IMG/VR virus record: IMGVR_UViG_3300025304_000001
Location: 1-53,537 of that record
Source of the DNA: a virus
Length of the DNA: 53,537 nt
Strand: one strand, 5' to 3'
The notes under the pieces were generated by a model. The model was not told where the DNA came from and made no database searches. It was given only the letters and a program-made list of their open reading frames with translations. The translations under genes were made by a program, and so were the position numbers. Shown one piece after another: positions 35,152-43,684 of the stretch; position 1 is the stretch's first letter, and every line of letters begins with the position of its first letter.

Positions 35152-36418
35152 GGAAAACCTCTTTCGCATGCTGTTCAAAAGCTGAAATTCCCCCCGGCCC
35201 CCCGGCAGGAAACCAGACAACCGGCATGGCGCCGGTATCGGGAAGCCACGGATACACCCAGTCGAAGTGCCATTGCCGCCAGTCTTCCCAGACCTCTGAA
35301 CCGACCGGAACCGGCTCGCACCAAGGCTTCATTGCGGCAAAGCGGGCATCAACTTGCACCGGCCCCTTGCTTGGATCCTGCAGGCGGTTGACCTCGGGAA
35401 AGCCCTCAAGGATGTGCCGGCGCCGCAGTTCCTGTTCTTCGAAATCGTCCGGAAAGATCAGACTGCCGTCAGTGGCGATAAGGAGGCCCTTCGCGGCCGC
35501 GTACCGGTGCGCGCCGGCCAAGCTCGATTTCGCGAGGACCTCGAAGCTCCTGGTCACCGTTTCTCGAAGCCCGTCCGGCACGTCGACGCGGACCGGCCCG
35601 GCGAGCAATGCCATCATGCGGGCCGATGCCCAGGCAGGCCCGAAGATCGGCGCCAGCATCGTCTTGCCCGCCGGCGTCGCGTTCGCGGCCATCAGTGCCG
35701 CGACATCGAGGAATTTCTTCGCCCGCAGATAGATCCCGAGAGAAACCGGCTTTGCGCCGGCAGCGGCAAGGTAATCATCCCGGCGCTGTTCCGCGAGCAA
35801 CCTTTCGGCTGGCGTCAGGTTGGCGAATTGCGTCACCGCCCATCGGGTATCCTTGCCGAGCGATCCCGGCCACGGATTGTTGTGGCGACCGATTTCGAGA
35901 GCCTTCACCCGCTTTTCGAGCGACTTGAAATTTTCTTCCGCATCCTCCTCGGCACGGTCTTCCTCTTGCCGGGTCTCTCGCAGGGGTTTCCTTACAGGTT
36001 CTCTTACAGGATTACTGTCCAGATTCTGGACTCGGCTTTCACCGATTTCTGGACTCGGCTTTTGCCAGTTTTTGGACTCGGCTTCGGCCGATCCGTGTCC
36101 AGTTTCTGGACTCGGCTTTGTAGAAGAGAATTGCGCAAAATGCGCCTCGAAAGGAAAATAATACCGGGTCCGTTCCTGTTTCCGGGAGCCAGGCTTTTTG
36201 CGCTGTTCCCGCGCGATAAGGCCCATTTCCTCCAACTGTTTCAGATAGGTGTTCAGCGCCGAGCGGGAGACGTTGCACATGCCGGCAAGCCGCTCTTGGC
36301 TCGGAAACGCACCGCCGTAATCCGGGTTGTGGCAATCGGCCAACCGCAGCAGAACGATCATCAGGTTGGGCGGAATATCCCGCTGTTCAAAAGCCCAGTT
36401 CGTTGCCTTGTGGCTCAT
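35138..36418 (-). CDS. Phage replication initiator (lambda O-like, N-terminal wHTH)
   Basis: N-terminal segment MIVLLRLADCHNPDYGGAFPSQERLAGMCNVSRSALNTYLKQLEEMGLI. The gene carries four iterons internally. Confidence 0.7.
   Translation of the reverse strand: MSHKATNWAFEQRDIPPNLMIVLLRLADCHNPDYGGAFPSQERLAGMCNVSRSALNTYLKQLEEMGLIAREQRKKPGSRKQERTRYYFPFEAHFAQFSSTKPSPETGHGSAEAESKNWQKPSPEIGESRVQNLDSNPVREPVRKPLRETRQEEDRAEEDAEENFKSLEKRVKALEIGRHNNPWPGSLGKDTRWAVTQFANLTPAERLLAEQRRDDYLAAAGAKPVSLGIYLRAKKFLDVAALMAANATPAGKTMLAPIFGPAWASARMMALLAGPVRVDVPDGLRETVTRSFEVLAKSSLAGAHRYAAAKGLLIATDGSLIFPDDFEEQELRRRHILEGFPEVNRLQDPSKGPVQVDARFAAMKPWCEPVPVGSEVWEDWRQWHFDWVYPWLPDTGAMPVVWFPAGGPGGISAFEQHAKEVFHDRG
36018..36119. 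repeat. Four iterons (lytic-type origin) inside the O-like gene
   Basis: Four copies at 36018, 36042, 36064 and 36098: TCCAGATTCTGGACTCGGCTTT, CCGATTTCTGGACTCGGCTTTT, GCCAGTTTTTGGACTCGGCTTC and TCCAGTTTCTGGACTCGGCTTT. The invariant core is TGGACTCGGCTT. Spacing is 23, 23 and 34 bp. Confidence 0.8.
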
Positions 36419-36741
36419 TGCGCATCGCCTTTCGAAGGCCGCGCGCAGGCGATCGCGCGCATGGCCGAGCGCCCGCCCTCAAGCGTGCCGCGCACGGCGG
36501 GCGGCAAGTCACCGTCGCCTGCCCGGGTCGCATGGAGGCCGGCGAGCCGTATACCGAGGAACTCGGCGCCATGGCGAAAGCCGGCGGCGAGCAGGATCGA
36601 CCGGATCTGTTCGTAATCGCGCAGCACCACGCCGTCAGGCACTGTCAACAGCCAGTCGGCCCGTTCATGGTCGGTCTCGCAGTTGTCGAGAAATTCGATG
36701 ATTGGCAACATGTTCATGTCAGTGACCGCGCCGGTTGGCAT
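36415..36741 (-). CDS. Hypothetical protein
   Basis: ATGA coupling to the O-like gene. The protein is 108 aa. Confidence 0.5.
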   Translation of the reverse strand: MPTGAVTDMNMLPIIEFLDNCETDHERADWLLTVPDGVVLRDYEQIRSILLAAGFRHGAEFLGIRLAGLHATRAGDGDLPPAVRGTLEGGRSAMRAIACARPSKGDAQ

Positions 36742-36747
36742 TGCGGG

Positions 36748-37308
36748 TCACAAGTCCCCTTTCTTCCAGAGATAAAATTCGGTGCTGAGCTGGTAGAAGG
36801 CTTCGCGCGCGGGGCCGGCTTCGTTGAGCTGGCTTTTCGATTTGATGTTGAGCAAGAATTTGAGGCGGGTATCGGCCGCCCGAGCATCGGCGACAGGACC
36901 GCCGGCACCCTTGCCCTCAAGGAAGCGCTGAAACAGCACCTGGTCGCAGAGGCTCTTTGCCCGGAATGCGGCATCGTTCTTTCCGGTCTTCGCCGCTTGC
37001 TTCGGCACACCGGCATCCGGCGCTCCAGCCTTGCCAGTCATCGCCAGGATCCGCGCGGTCGCCCGGTCGATCAGTGTCAGTGTGAACCGCAGGGCGTCGG
37101 CGGAACCGCAGATCAGGTTCCTTTCATCGGTCGAGGCGGCGCGATGGATTGTGGCGATATGATCGGCCTCCCCGCCCCGGCGCACGACGATGATATGGAC
37201 GTCGCCATTCTCGGGCTGGACCATCCAGCTGTAACCCTCAAGGGCATCTCGCAGCCCCCGCAGCCGAGTAAGCTGGCGCTTTTCCGCCATTCGGTCCGCC
37301 GCTGTCAT
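36748..37308 (-). CDS. Hypothetical protein
   Basis: I chose the start at MTAADRMAEKRQL. The upstream part of the tracked ORF overlaps hicA on the opposite strand. Confidence 0.5.
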   Translation of the reverse strand: MTAADRMAEKRQLTRLRGLRDALEGYSWMVQPENGDVHIIVVRRGGEADHIATIHRAASTDERNLICGSADALRFTLTLIDRATARILAMTGKAGAPDAGVPKQAAKTGKNDAAFRAKSLCDQVLFQRFLEGKGAGGPVADARAADTRLKFLLNIKSKSQLNEAGPAREAFYQLSTEFYLWKKGDL

Positions 37309-37318
37309 CGGTATGATT

Positions 37319-37371
37319 CCGGACAAAAATGTCCGATCCCGCTTGACAGTCGGACAAAAATATCCGAATAT
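37319..37371 (+). promoter_or_regulatory. Divergent promoter region with two CGGAC-AAAAAT-GTCCG-type dyads
   Basis: CCGGACAAAAATGTCCGA lies at 37319-37336. TTGACA lies at 37343-37348. The second dyad, CGGACAAAAATATCCG, fills the 17-nt spacer before GAATAT at 37366-37371. Confidence 0.5.
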
Positions 37372-37389
37372 CTGGCCATCGAAACGGAG

Positions 37390-37593
37390 ATGGGAATGGA
37401 CAAACGAGACCGCTTCATCGCTGAAATCAGGGAGGAAGCAAAAGCAGCCGGTCTTTCCTTCCGGCTTAGCAAGTCGAAAGGAAAAGGTGGCCACGCCACG
37501 ATCTGGGTCGGAGACAATTTCACGACCCTTCCCAGCCGGGAGATCGATCCGAAAACGGCCTCGAAAATTCGAAAGACGCTGGGGCTCAAGTGA
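37390..37593 (+). CDS. hicA: HicA-family toxin (mRNA interferase)
   Basis: The protein is 67 aa with KGKGGHATIWVGDNFTTLPSREIDPKTASKIRKTLGL, matching the HicA GSH...T.P...I.K..GL pattern. GGAGA lies before the ATG. Confidence 0.6.
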   Translation: MGMDKRDRFIAEIREEAKAAGLSFRLSKSKGKGGHATIWVGDNFTTLPSREIDPKTASKIRKTLGLK

Positions 37594-37627
37594 GCCCCAG
37601 CAATGCCCGCTCCAAGTAAAAGACCTC

Positions 37628-37663
37628 TAGAACCCCCTGAATGCCCCTTAGAACCAACTGAAT
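37628..37663 (+). repeat. Two 15-bp direct repeats (TAGAACCNNCTGAAT) in the hicA-hicB spacer
   Basis: TAGAACCCCCTGAAT lies at 37628-37642 and TAGAACCAACTGAAT at 37649-37663. Confidence 0.6.
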
Positions 37664-37694
37664 CAAACCCAATTGAACTCAAGGATCGGAACCC

Positions 37695-38123
37695 ATGAAA
37701 ACCTACAGCTATGCTGCTGTCTTCGAGCCGACCGAACGTGAAGGCGGTTTCACCGTCAGCTTTCCGGACGTTCCGCAGGCCATTACCGAAGGCGAGGATA
37801 TGGCCGACGCGCGCGCACAGGCGGAAGACGCCCTTGGTGTCGCCCTGCTGACCCTTCTGGAAATGGGGCGCGCCCTTCCCGAGCCGGTTACCGCCGGCAC
37901 GATGATCGCGCCCGCCCCTGAGATCGCCATGAAGATCGCGGTCATCGAAACCTTCCGCGCCTCGGGCCTGTCCCGCACGGAACTGGCGCGACGCCTCGGC
38001 AAGGACGAGAAGGAAGCAAGACGCCTTCTGGATCCGGACACGCCCACGAAACTGCCGCTGATGAACAGCGCACTGGCCGCAATGGGCCAGCGCCTGGTCA
38101 TTGGTCTGGAGGCCGCGGAATAG
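37695..38123 (+). CDS. hicB: HicB-family antitoxin (HicB N-domain + HTH)
   Basis: N-terminal segment YSYAAVFEPTEREGGFTVSFPDVPQAITEGEDMADARAQAEDAL. The C-terminal segment LSRTELARRLGKDEKEARRLLDP looks like an HTH. Confidence 0.75.
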   Translation: MKTYSYAAVFEPTEREGGFTVSFPDVPQAITEGEDMADARAQAEDALGVALLTLLEMGRALPEPVTAGTMIAPAPEIAMKIAVIETFRASGLSRTELARRLGKDEKEARRLLDPDTPTKLPLMNSALAAMGQRLVIGLEAAE

Positions 38124-38128
38124 CTCGC

Positions 38129-40048
38129 TCATGCTGCAACCCTTTCCCGGTCGACGGCAAGGTGGTTGCAGTTGGCTGCCACCAGCGCTTTCGCCACGGG
38201 CGGGCAGACGCTGTTCCCGACGCATGACACCTGCACGGATTTCGAGAATGGTACCCAGAGCGGTCCGCCGTTATGGCCGATCTTTGCCCGATGATAGAAT
38301 CCCTCGATCTTATAGTCGGGCGGAAAACCCTGCGCGTTGAACAGCTCGCGCGGGGTCAGCATGCGCATGCCGATATCGACAATGACGAACGTCATGCCGT
38401 TGACCTCGACAGTCACGAACTCGCGCTCATCCCAGAGGCCATTCGCCCGCATGAAGTCGGCCACCTGCCGCGCCCGCGCCGCCTGCGCTTCCGTGAAGGG
38501 CGGCACGTCGACGATAGCCTCGATATGGGCATGACGCTGCTTGACGGTCGCTGTGCGCATCGCCTCGTCTTCGCGCGAGCCCTCCCCGGTTCTGAAGTAC
38601 GATTGCAGGTAGGGCATGATGAGCTGACTCTTACCCTGCCCGTCAGCCATCGTGGTCGCTAACGGCTGATCAACAGGATGGCCGGTCGACGTGCCGAACT
38701 GCCGGGCGATGTAGGCCGAGGCAACCTGCTGGTGGCTACCGGTTTGCGTGATCGTCGAGATTGCTTCGTCCATGGGGCGGCCGGGATTGACCCCGCCGAT
38801 GCGCCGGCTGTCGCTGTTGGCCTGCGCCATCCATGCACACATGACGGAATTCTGGTCCTTGTCGCTGGCTGTGATCGTCTGCGCCTGTCCATCCACCGGA
38901 CGGTTCGCGCCACCTTGCTGTGCATAGGTCAGCACTGGAGCCAAAAGGCCGAGTGGCGCAGCCCCACCAGGGCGCTTGATGAAACTGTTCGCGGTGATCG
39001 TCGGCATTTGGCCTCGCATATCGCCACCGGTGGCACCGGTGTTGAAACGCTGGATGGACGGCGAGATCAGCGCCTTTTCGCCCCGATGGGCAGCCGTGAT
39101 CACCCTTGCCGGTTCATCAATACTCTCGGTGCGGCCGCCATGGGTGAGGTTGACCAGGAACGGACGGTTCGCGTGAATAACGAACCGATCGAGCCCCCGC
39201 GCAATCCGGGCGTGCGAGGCGACCGCCAGCGGCCGAACCGCCCGCACGCCGTGCTTGGCCCAGATCTCCTCCGCCGTATCGAAGATCGACGGGCAAGGGA
39301 TGCTCCAGTCGATACAGTCGGCGACGATGGGCCATGGCAACTTGCGGCCGGCGATAACGTCGGCATCGTCCGGGCTGCCGTGTGTCGGCTGCGGCCAGAC
39401 GATTTTCTGTCCGTCGAATCGCATGATGATGAACAGCCGCTTGCGGATCGTCGGCGCGCCATAGTCGCGGCCGCGCAGCTCCCGCATCTCGATCTTGGCG
39501 CCGAGGTTGCGCAGCTTGCGGCACCATTTCTGGAACGTCTCGCCCTTGCGGTCGGGATCCGGCATCTCCCCCTTGGCCGTCGTGATCAGCGGCCCGTAAT
39601 CCTTGAACTCTTCAACATTCTCCATGATCACGACGTCGACCTTGCCGCCGCTGCTCTGGATACGCTCGATCCAGCCGGGAATGATCCAGCAGAGATCGCG
39701 GATGTTGCGCGCCACCGGCTTACCGCCCTTGGCCTTGGAGAAATGCTTGCAGTCCGGCGAGAACCAGGCGAGCCCGATATGCTTGCCGCGCAGATGGTCG
39801 AGGGGGTCGATCCGATAGACGTTCTCCGAAAGGTGGATCGTCTCCGGATGGTTGACCTCGTGCAGCGCCAGAGCGTCCGCATCGTGGTTGATGGCATAGT
39901 CGGGCGACCGGCCGAGGGCCTGCTCTATCCCTGTCGATGCCCCGCCACCGCCGGCAAAGCTGTCGATGATGATCGGCCGGCCGGGATCGGAGGTGAGAAG
40001 CGTCGAGGCCGCGAGCGCCGTCAGGAGTGAGGCTTGGTGCATATTCAT
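38129..40048 (-). CDS. DNA (cytosine-5)-methyltransferase (large, about 639 aa)
   Basis: Motif I DSFAGGGG, motif IV FSPDCKHFS, motif VI MENVEEF, and the late motifs QGFPPDY and GNSVCPPV. Confidence 0.9.
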   Translation of the reverse strand: MNMHQASLLTALAASTLLTSDPGRPIIIDSFAGGGGASTGIEQALGRSPDYAINHDADALALHEVNHPETIHLSENVYRIDPLDHLRGKHIGLAWFSPDCKHFSKAKGGKPVARNIRDLCWIIPGWIERIQSSGGKVDVVIMENVEEFKDYGPLITTAKGEMPDPDRKGETFQKWCRKLRNLGAKIEMRELRGRDYGAPTIRKRLFIIMRFDGQKIVWPQPTHGSPDDADVIAGRKLPWPIVADCIDWSIPCPSIFDTAEEIWAKHGVRAVRPLAVASHARIARGLDRFVIHANRPFLVNLTHGGRTESIDEPARVITAAHRGEKALISPSIQRFNTGATGGDMRGQMPTITANSFIKRPGGAAPLGLLAPVLTYAQQGGANRPVDGQAQTITASDKDQNSVMCAWMAQANSDSRRIGGVNPGRPMDEAISTITQTGSHQQVASAYIARQFGTSTGHPVDQPLATTMADGQGKSQLIMPYLQSYFRTGEGSREDEAMRTATVKQRHAHIEAIVDVPPFTEAQAARARQVADFMRANGLWDEREFVTVEVNGMTFVIVDIGMRMLTPRELFNAQGFPPDYKIEGFYHRAKIGHNGGPLWVPFSKSVQVSCVGNSVCPPVAKALVAANCNHLAVDRERVAA

Positions 40049-41625
40049 GCCGCACCGCCTTTCACCGCGCCGTCGTCCCGCAGATGGCCGTCGTTTTCGA
40101 TCTGATCGAAGAGATGCACCGCCGGCGCCCATTGCATGCCAAGGCGTTCCTGCAGAAGCGCGACATTGAAATCACCGCCCTCCCCCAGGATTTCGAGCGC
40201 CCGCCGATACAGCACCACATGCCGCCCTTGCCGCCCCGGTTCGCTCGCGGGCGAGATCAGTCCGGCCGCGACGAACTCCGCAATGATCGCCTCGACCGTG
40301 CTGTCGCGCCGGCCAATGCCCCTGCATAGTTCCGCACGGTCGAAGTCGTCCCGCTGTAGCACCCATGCGCGGGCGTCTTCGCGATCGCGGTCGACCCGCT
40401 CGTGAAGCTCCAGTTTCGGAGTTGTGCGCGGCGCGTCTTCAAAGGAAATGCCAAGGGCATTACCGCCCTCGCCCGGCTCCAGCGCCTCGGCGTCGATATA
40501 GTCCTTCCAGTCGATCCGGCGCATGATCGTCGTGTTGCCGTAGGTACCGTCTTCCTGCCGTTCCCAGACCACCCACGCGGTATTCATGCGACTGGAGGCT
40601 TTCGGCCCGTCGTAACCCTCGCGGTGCATCATCGGGAGGCGCCGCTTAAAGACGTAGATCCGCGCGGGCGGGCATTCGTCCATGACAAAATTGCGATCCT
40701 CGTCCGCAAAGCCTGCCAGGACGTTCAGATTCAGCAGAAGCGCCAGTTTGCGGGGCTTGTAGACGCGCAAGGCGTGCGCGATGAACGCGTTCAACGACTC
40801 GCCATAGGGCGGGTTGGTGACGATATCCGGCCCCTCCCCCTCGACTTCTGGCCTGCTCAGCAGAAAGTCGCCGACAGCTTGCACCGTACCGGCCTCGGAG
40901 ATCGTCCCACGATCTTCGATATCGGAGAGGACGACGTCATAGCCCCGTGCCTCGAAGACGCGGCCGATGGCATTGAAGCCGCAGGCGGGCTCAAGAATTG
41001 TCGGCGTAAAACTCTCGTGAGCAAGAAGCGCGATCGTTGCGACATCGGGAGTCTGATAGAAGTTTTTGCCGCGATCTTCCTTGGATGCCGAGGCCGTACC
41101 GACCGCCGCGCGAAGATTGCTGCGGCTCGGCACGCCGCCGTCGGTCCGCGTTTCTGCGATGCGCCGGCGGATCACACCCGGCTCATTCCTCTCCGCGTCG
41201 CGCAATTTGCGCGCGACGAGGATGCGTCGCTTGTCGATGCCAATATCTTCAAGCCGTAAAAGGTCCTCGCCCACGACCTTTTTGGGACGCCCGCGCATTG
41301 CAACGAAACCGGCGCGTTGCGCCTGGTCGAATTCGTTCGCGAGCGCGACCAGGGCATAGCTTTCGATCTCCAGCGCCTCGTCGATCATCGCGCCGACGCG
41401 CGCGATGACTTCCTCGCCGGCCTTCATTCGCTTGGCGAAACCTTGCGCAGCCTTCGCCTCGTCATAGGCCGCACCGGAAATCATCAACGCCTTCTGCATG
41501 TCTCCGGCGCCAAACAGGTGTTTCGCCTGCGCAAGCTTCGCGGCGAGCGAGGTCGTATTGAAGCGATCGAGAGCGACAGTGCCGACAACCGGTTGTGGAT
41601 CAGGGAGAGCAAGGGCCGCCATCAT
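40045..41625 (-). CDS. SAM-dependent DNA methyltransferase (NPPY type) with N- and C-terminal extensions
   Basis: Motifs seen: YQTPDVATIALL...ILEPACGFNAIG and DIVTNPPYG. ATGA coupling to the C5-methyltransferase gene. Confidence 0.7.
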   Translation of the reverse strand: MMAALALPDPQPVVGTVALDRFNTTSLAAKLAQAKHLFGAGDMQKALMISGAAYDEAKAAQGFAKRMKAGEEVIARVGAMIDEALEIESYALVALANEFDQAQRAGFVAMRGRPKKVVGEDLLRLEDIGIDKRRILVARKLRDAERNEPGVIRRRIAETRTDGGVPSRSNLRAAVGTASASKEDRGKNFYQTPDVATIALLAHESFTPTILEPACGFNAIGRVFEARGYDVVLSDIEDRGTISEAGTVQAVGDFLLSRPEVEGEGPDIVTNPPYGESLNAFIAHALRVYKPRKLALLLNLNVLAGFADEDRNFVMDECPPARIYVFKRRLPMMHREGYDGPKASSRMNTAWVVWERQEDGTYGNTTIMRRIDWKDYIDAEALEPGEGGNALGISFEDAPRTTPKLELHERVDRDREDARAWVLQRDDFDRAELCRGIGRRDSTVEAIIAEFVAAGLISPASEPGRQGRHVVLYRRALEILGEGGDFNVALLQERLGMQWAPAVHLFDQIENDGHLRDDGAVKGGAA

Positions 41626-41816
41626 CGGTCTGACCTCGCTTCGTCCATCAGCTCGCGCGTTTCAGCTTCGGAAAGCCCGGCCTCCCGCGCGATCTCGGAC
41701 AGCGAGAGGCCGTCGCTCATCAACTGCCGGATCCGCGCCGCCTTCGATTCCCGCACCAGGTCATCCGCAGTTGGATCGTCCTGCGGCCGCGCCGCTCGCT
41801 GCGCCGCGCCGCTCAT
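41622..41816 (-). CDS. Small HTH protein
   Basis: The protein is 64 aa with the segment DGLSLSEIAREAGLSEAETRELM. Confidence 0.5.
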   Translation of the reverse strand: MSGAAQRAARPQDDPTADDLVRESKAARIRQLMSDGLSLSEIAREAGLSEAETRELMDEARSDR

Positions 41817-42298
41817 CCTTCTTTCCTCGCCAGGATCATCCGCGTGAGGGTTGTTCCAGCGGCAGCGCAGGATGTGGCGATGTCGCCGATCTTTTGGAAA
41901 AGCTCGCGAAGTTCGGCCAATGAAAGGTCGCCGTCGGCTAGGGCTTCGGAATGGGTGCTGAGATATTCCGACACCTCGTGCATGATCGCGGCCGTTTCGA
42001 GAGAGAGTGTCCGGACGCGGGAAGCTGGCGAGATTTCGGCAGTGGCGGTCGTCTCGCCAGGCAGGCGGGCATAGGCTGCGGAGAGGATCGAACGGCCGAG
42101 ATCCGCCTCAAGCGTGACCATCGCCCAGTGCGGCATCAGGTCCGCCATTTCCCAATTGTTCCAGTTGCCGACCACAGTCTTGCCGCAGCCAAGGAATAGG
42201 GAAACCCGGTCGATGCCGCCGGCTGCGGCGATTAGGTCGCGCGTGGTTCCCTTGATCTCGGTGAACCACTTCTGCTTGACGATGTCTTCTTTCTTCAC
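41813..42298 (-). CDS. Phage regulatory protein, CII-like (CP76-type)
   Basis: GTG start with GGAGG 9 nt upstream. The C-terminal segment HSEALADGDLSLAELRELFQKIGDIATSCAAA resembles CII/CP76 as I recall it. Confidence 0.45.
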   Translation of the reverse strand: MKKEDIVKQKWFTEIKGTTRDLIAAAGGIDRVSLFLGCGKTVVGNWNNWEMADLMPHWAMVTLEADLGRSILSAAYARLPGETTATAEISPASRVRTLSLETAAIMHEVSEYLSTHSEALADGDLSLAELRELFQKIGDIATSCAAAGTTLTRMILARKEG

Positions 42299-42686
42299 GG
42301 TGCCAACCTCCAGGCAAAGCGAGAGCGCAACCGGAATTTTCTTGAAAAATTCCAGTCGAGCGGTACGCGGTCGAACGCTAATGATAGTCGGGAGTCCGCT
42401 GAGTTACGGAGACCCCGATGCGATTGCTACAAAACCATTCCTGCCGATCGAGAACGGGTGGACCGTCTGGAGCGCCCTCGACCGGCAGGATGCAATCAGG
42501 AACCGCGAGCGCGGAGGCGGGACCTGAAGCAGCGAAAGTGCAGCGCCGAGCCGCAACCGCATGCCACACTGACGGGCGCAGCGGGCTCGGCGCACGGTCA
42601 GTCGCGAGGAGGATTTCGCGCCGGACCGGAGGAGATTGGAAAAAGGGTTCATTTGCCACCGGCCCTTCCGGCGAAGTTTGCCCAGT

Positions 42687-42905
42687 TCAGCATTTGGGGC
42701 CTCCACCATCGGTTCCGTAGAGATCCGGCCGCAGCCTGTAGCGGGAAACGCCAGTCAGCTTTTCAACAGCAAGAACACGCTTAGGCGGCACAACATCCCA
42801 TTGCCATACCGCTTGTGGGGACACGCCGACTTCGCGAGCGATAGCGGTGATGCTGCGCCCCTCCCTCGCCTCTTCCCACGCCTGCTTCGCTGTCAAATCC
42901 GTCAT
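42687..42905 (-). CDS. Cro/YdaS-like HTH regulator
   Basis: The segment SITAIAREVGVSPQAVWQWDVVPPKRVLAVEKLTGVSRYRLRPDLY is present. The gene is divergent from the repressor gene. Confidence 0.8.
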   Translation of the reverse strand: MTDLTAKQAWEEAREGRSITAIAREVGVSPQAVWQWDVVPPKRVLAVEKLTGVSRYRLRPDLYGTDGGGPKC

Positions 42906-42952
42906 GCGCCGATGAAAAGCATATCTTTGGCGAATCATCAAGGGATACTTTA

Positions 42953-43684
42953 ATGGACACATTTCAAGCATTGCTTACAAATCCGGCGATGAAGAACAAA
43001 CCGGAGATGGCCCGACTTGTGGGCGAAGCCCTTCGCTCAGCCCGCAAACAGCGCGGCTTGACCCTCCGGGATGTTGCCTCACCGCTTGGCAAAACCGCTC
43101 AGGCGGTTGGCAACTGGGAGAGCGGCGCGAATCTTCCATCCACAGAGAATTTGATAGAAGTTGCAAACGTACTTGAGGTTGATCCTGTCGCCCTCTCCCA
43201 GGGTGAGGTGAAATGGAAAACACAGCGGCCGCTGAACGAGGCCGAAGTCGTCTCCGAACGGGCGCCGCTCCGGATGGGTGCAATGGACGTTGAAGTTTTG
43301 GGCGGCGCCGTCGGCGGTGACGACGGCGACTTCTCACTAAATGGCGAGGTTGCCGGATATGTCCGGCGCCCACCAGGCTTAGCAAACATGATGAACGTGT
43401 TTGCCGTCCACATCCTGACCGACAGCATGGTTCCCAGATATGACCCCGGTGAACTCCTCTATTGCGGCGGACGGGCACCCCTGCCTGGCGACCATGTGCT
43501 GGTGGAGATGTATCCGGAGGATGGCGAAACAAGCGGCAAGGCGTATATCAAGAAGCTGAAGCGGCGCACCAAAAGCGAGATCATCTGCGAGCAATACAAT
43601 CCCCCTGGGGAGCGGACTTTCGATGCTTACCGGCTGAAAAACATGTGGCGCATCATCCCGCCGCGCGAACTCTTTGGCTTTTAG
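42953..43684 (+). CDS. CI-type repressor (XRE HTH + S24 LexA-like autopeptidase)
   Basis: HTH segment LTLRDVASPLGKTAQAVGNWESG. S24 motifs TDSMVPRYDPGE and a downstream KKLK. Confidence 0.9.
   Translation: MDTFQALLTNPAMKNKPEMARLVGEALRSARKQRGLTLRDVASPLGKTAQAVGNWESGANLPSTENLIEVANVLEVDPVALSQGEVKWKTQRPLNEAEVVSERAPLRMGAMDVEVLGGAVGGDDGDFSLNGEVAGYVRRPPGLANMMNVFAVHILTDSMVPRYDPGELLYCGGRAPLPGDHVLVEMYPEDGETSGKAYIKKLKRRTKSEIICEQYNPPGERTFDAYRLKNMWRIIPPRELFGF

Noticed and set aside
35354-37389. Long plus-strand ORFs (35354-36616, and 36403-37593 upstream of the hicA start)
   Set aside because: They are antisense to the O-like initiator and its neighbours. Their composition is Arg/Pro/Ala-rich and they have no motifs. 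Only the last 67 codons of the second ORF (hicA) look genuine.
38678-40030. A 450-aa plus-strand ORF opposite the C5-methyltransferase
   Set aside because: The minus strand carries a full set of C5-methyltransferase motifs. The plus-frame product is Arg/Asp/Gly-rich and has no recognisable domain.
42378-42709. Minus-strand ORFs of 93 and 101 aa between cro and the cII-like gene
   Set aside because: One needs a GTG start with no RBS. The other is Arg/Cys/Leu-rich junk-like sequence despite high GC3. Neither can be supported from sequence alone, so the region is reported as a finding instead.
42906-42952. Operator repeats in the cI-cro intergenic region
   Set aside because: Only a short GATGA core recurs (42907-42918, 42925-38 and 42982-93), together with weak dyads (AAGCA-T-TGCTT at about 42968). 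This is too degenerate to call operators without binding data.
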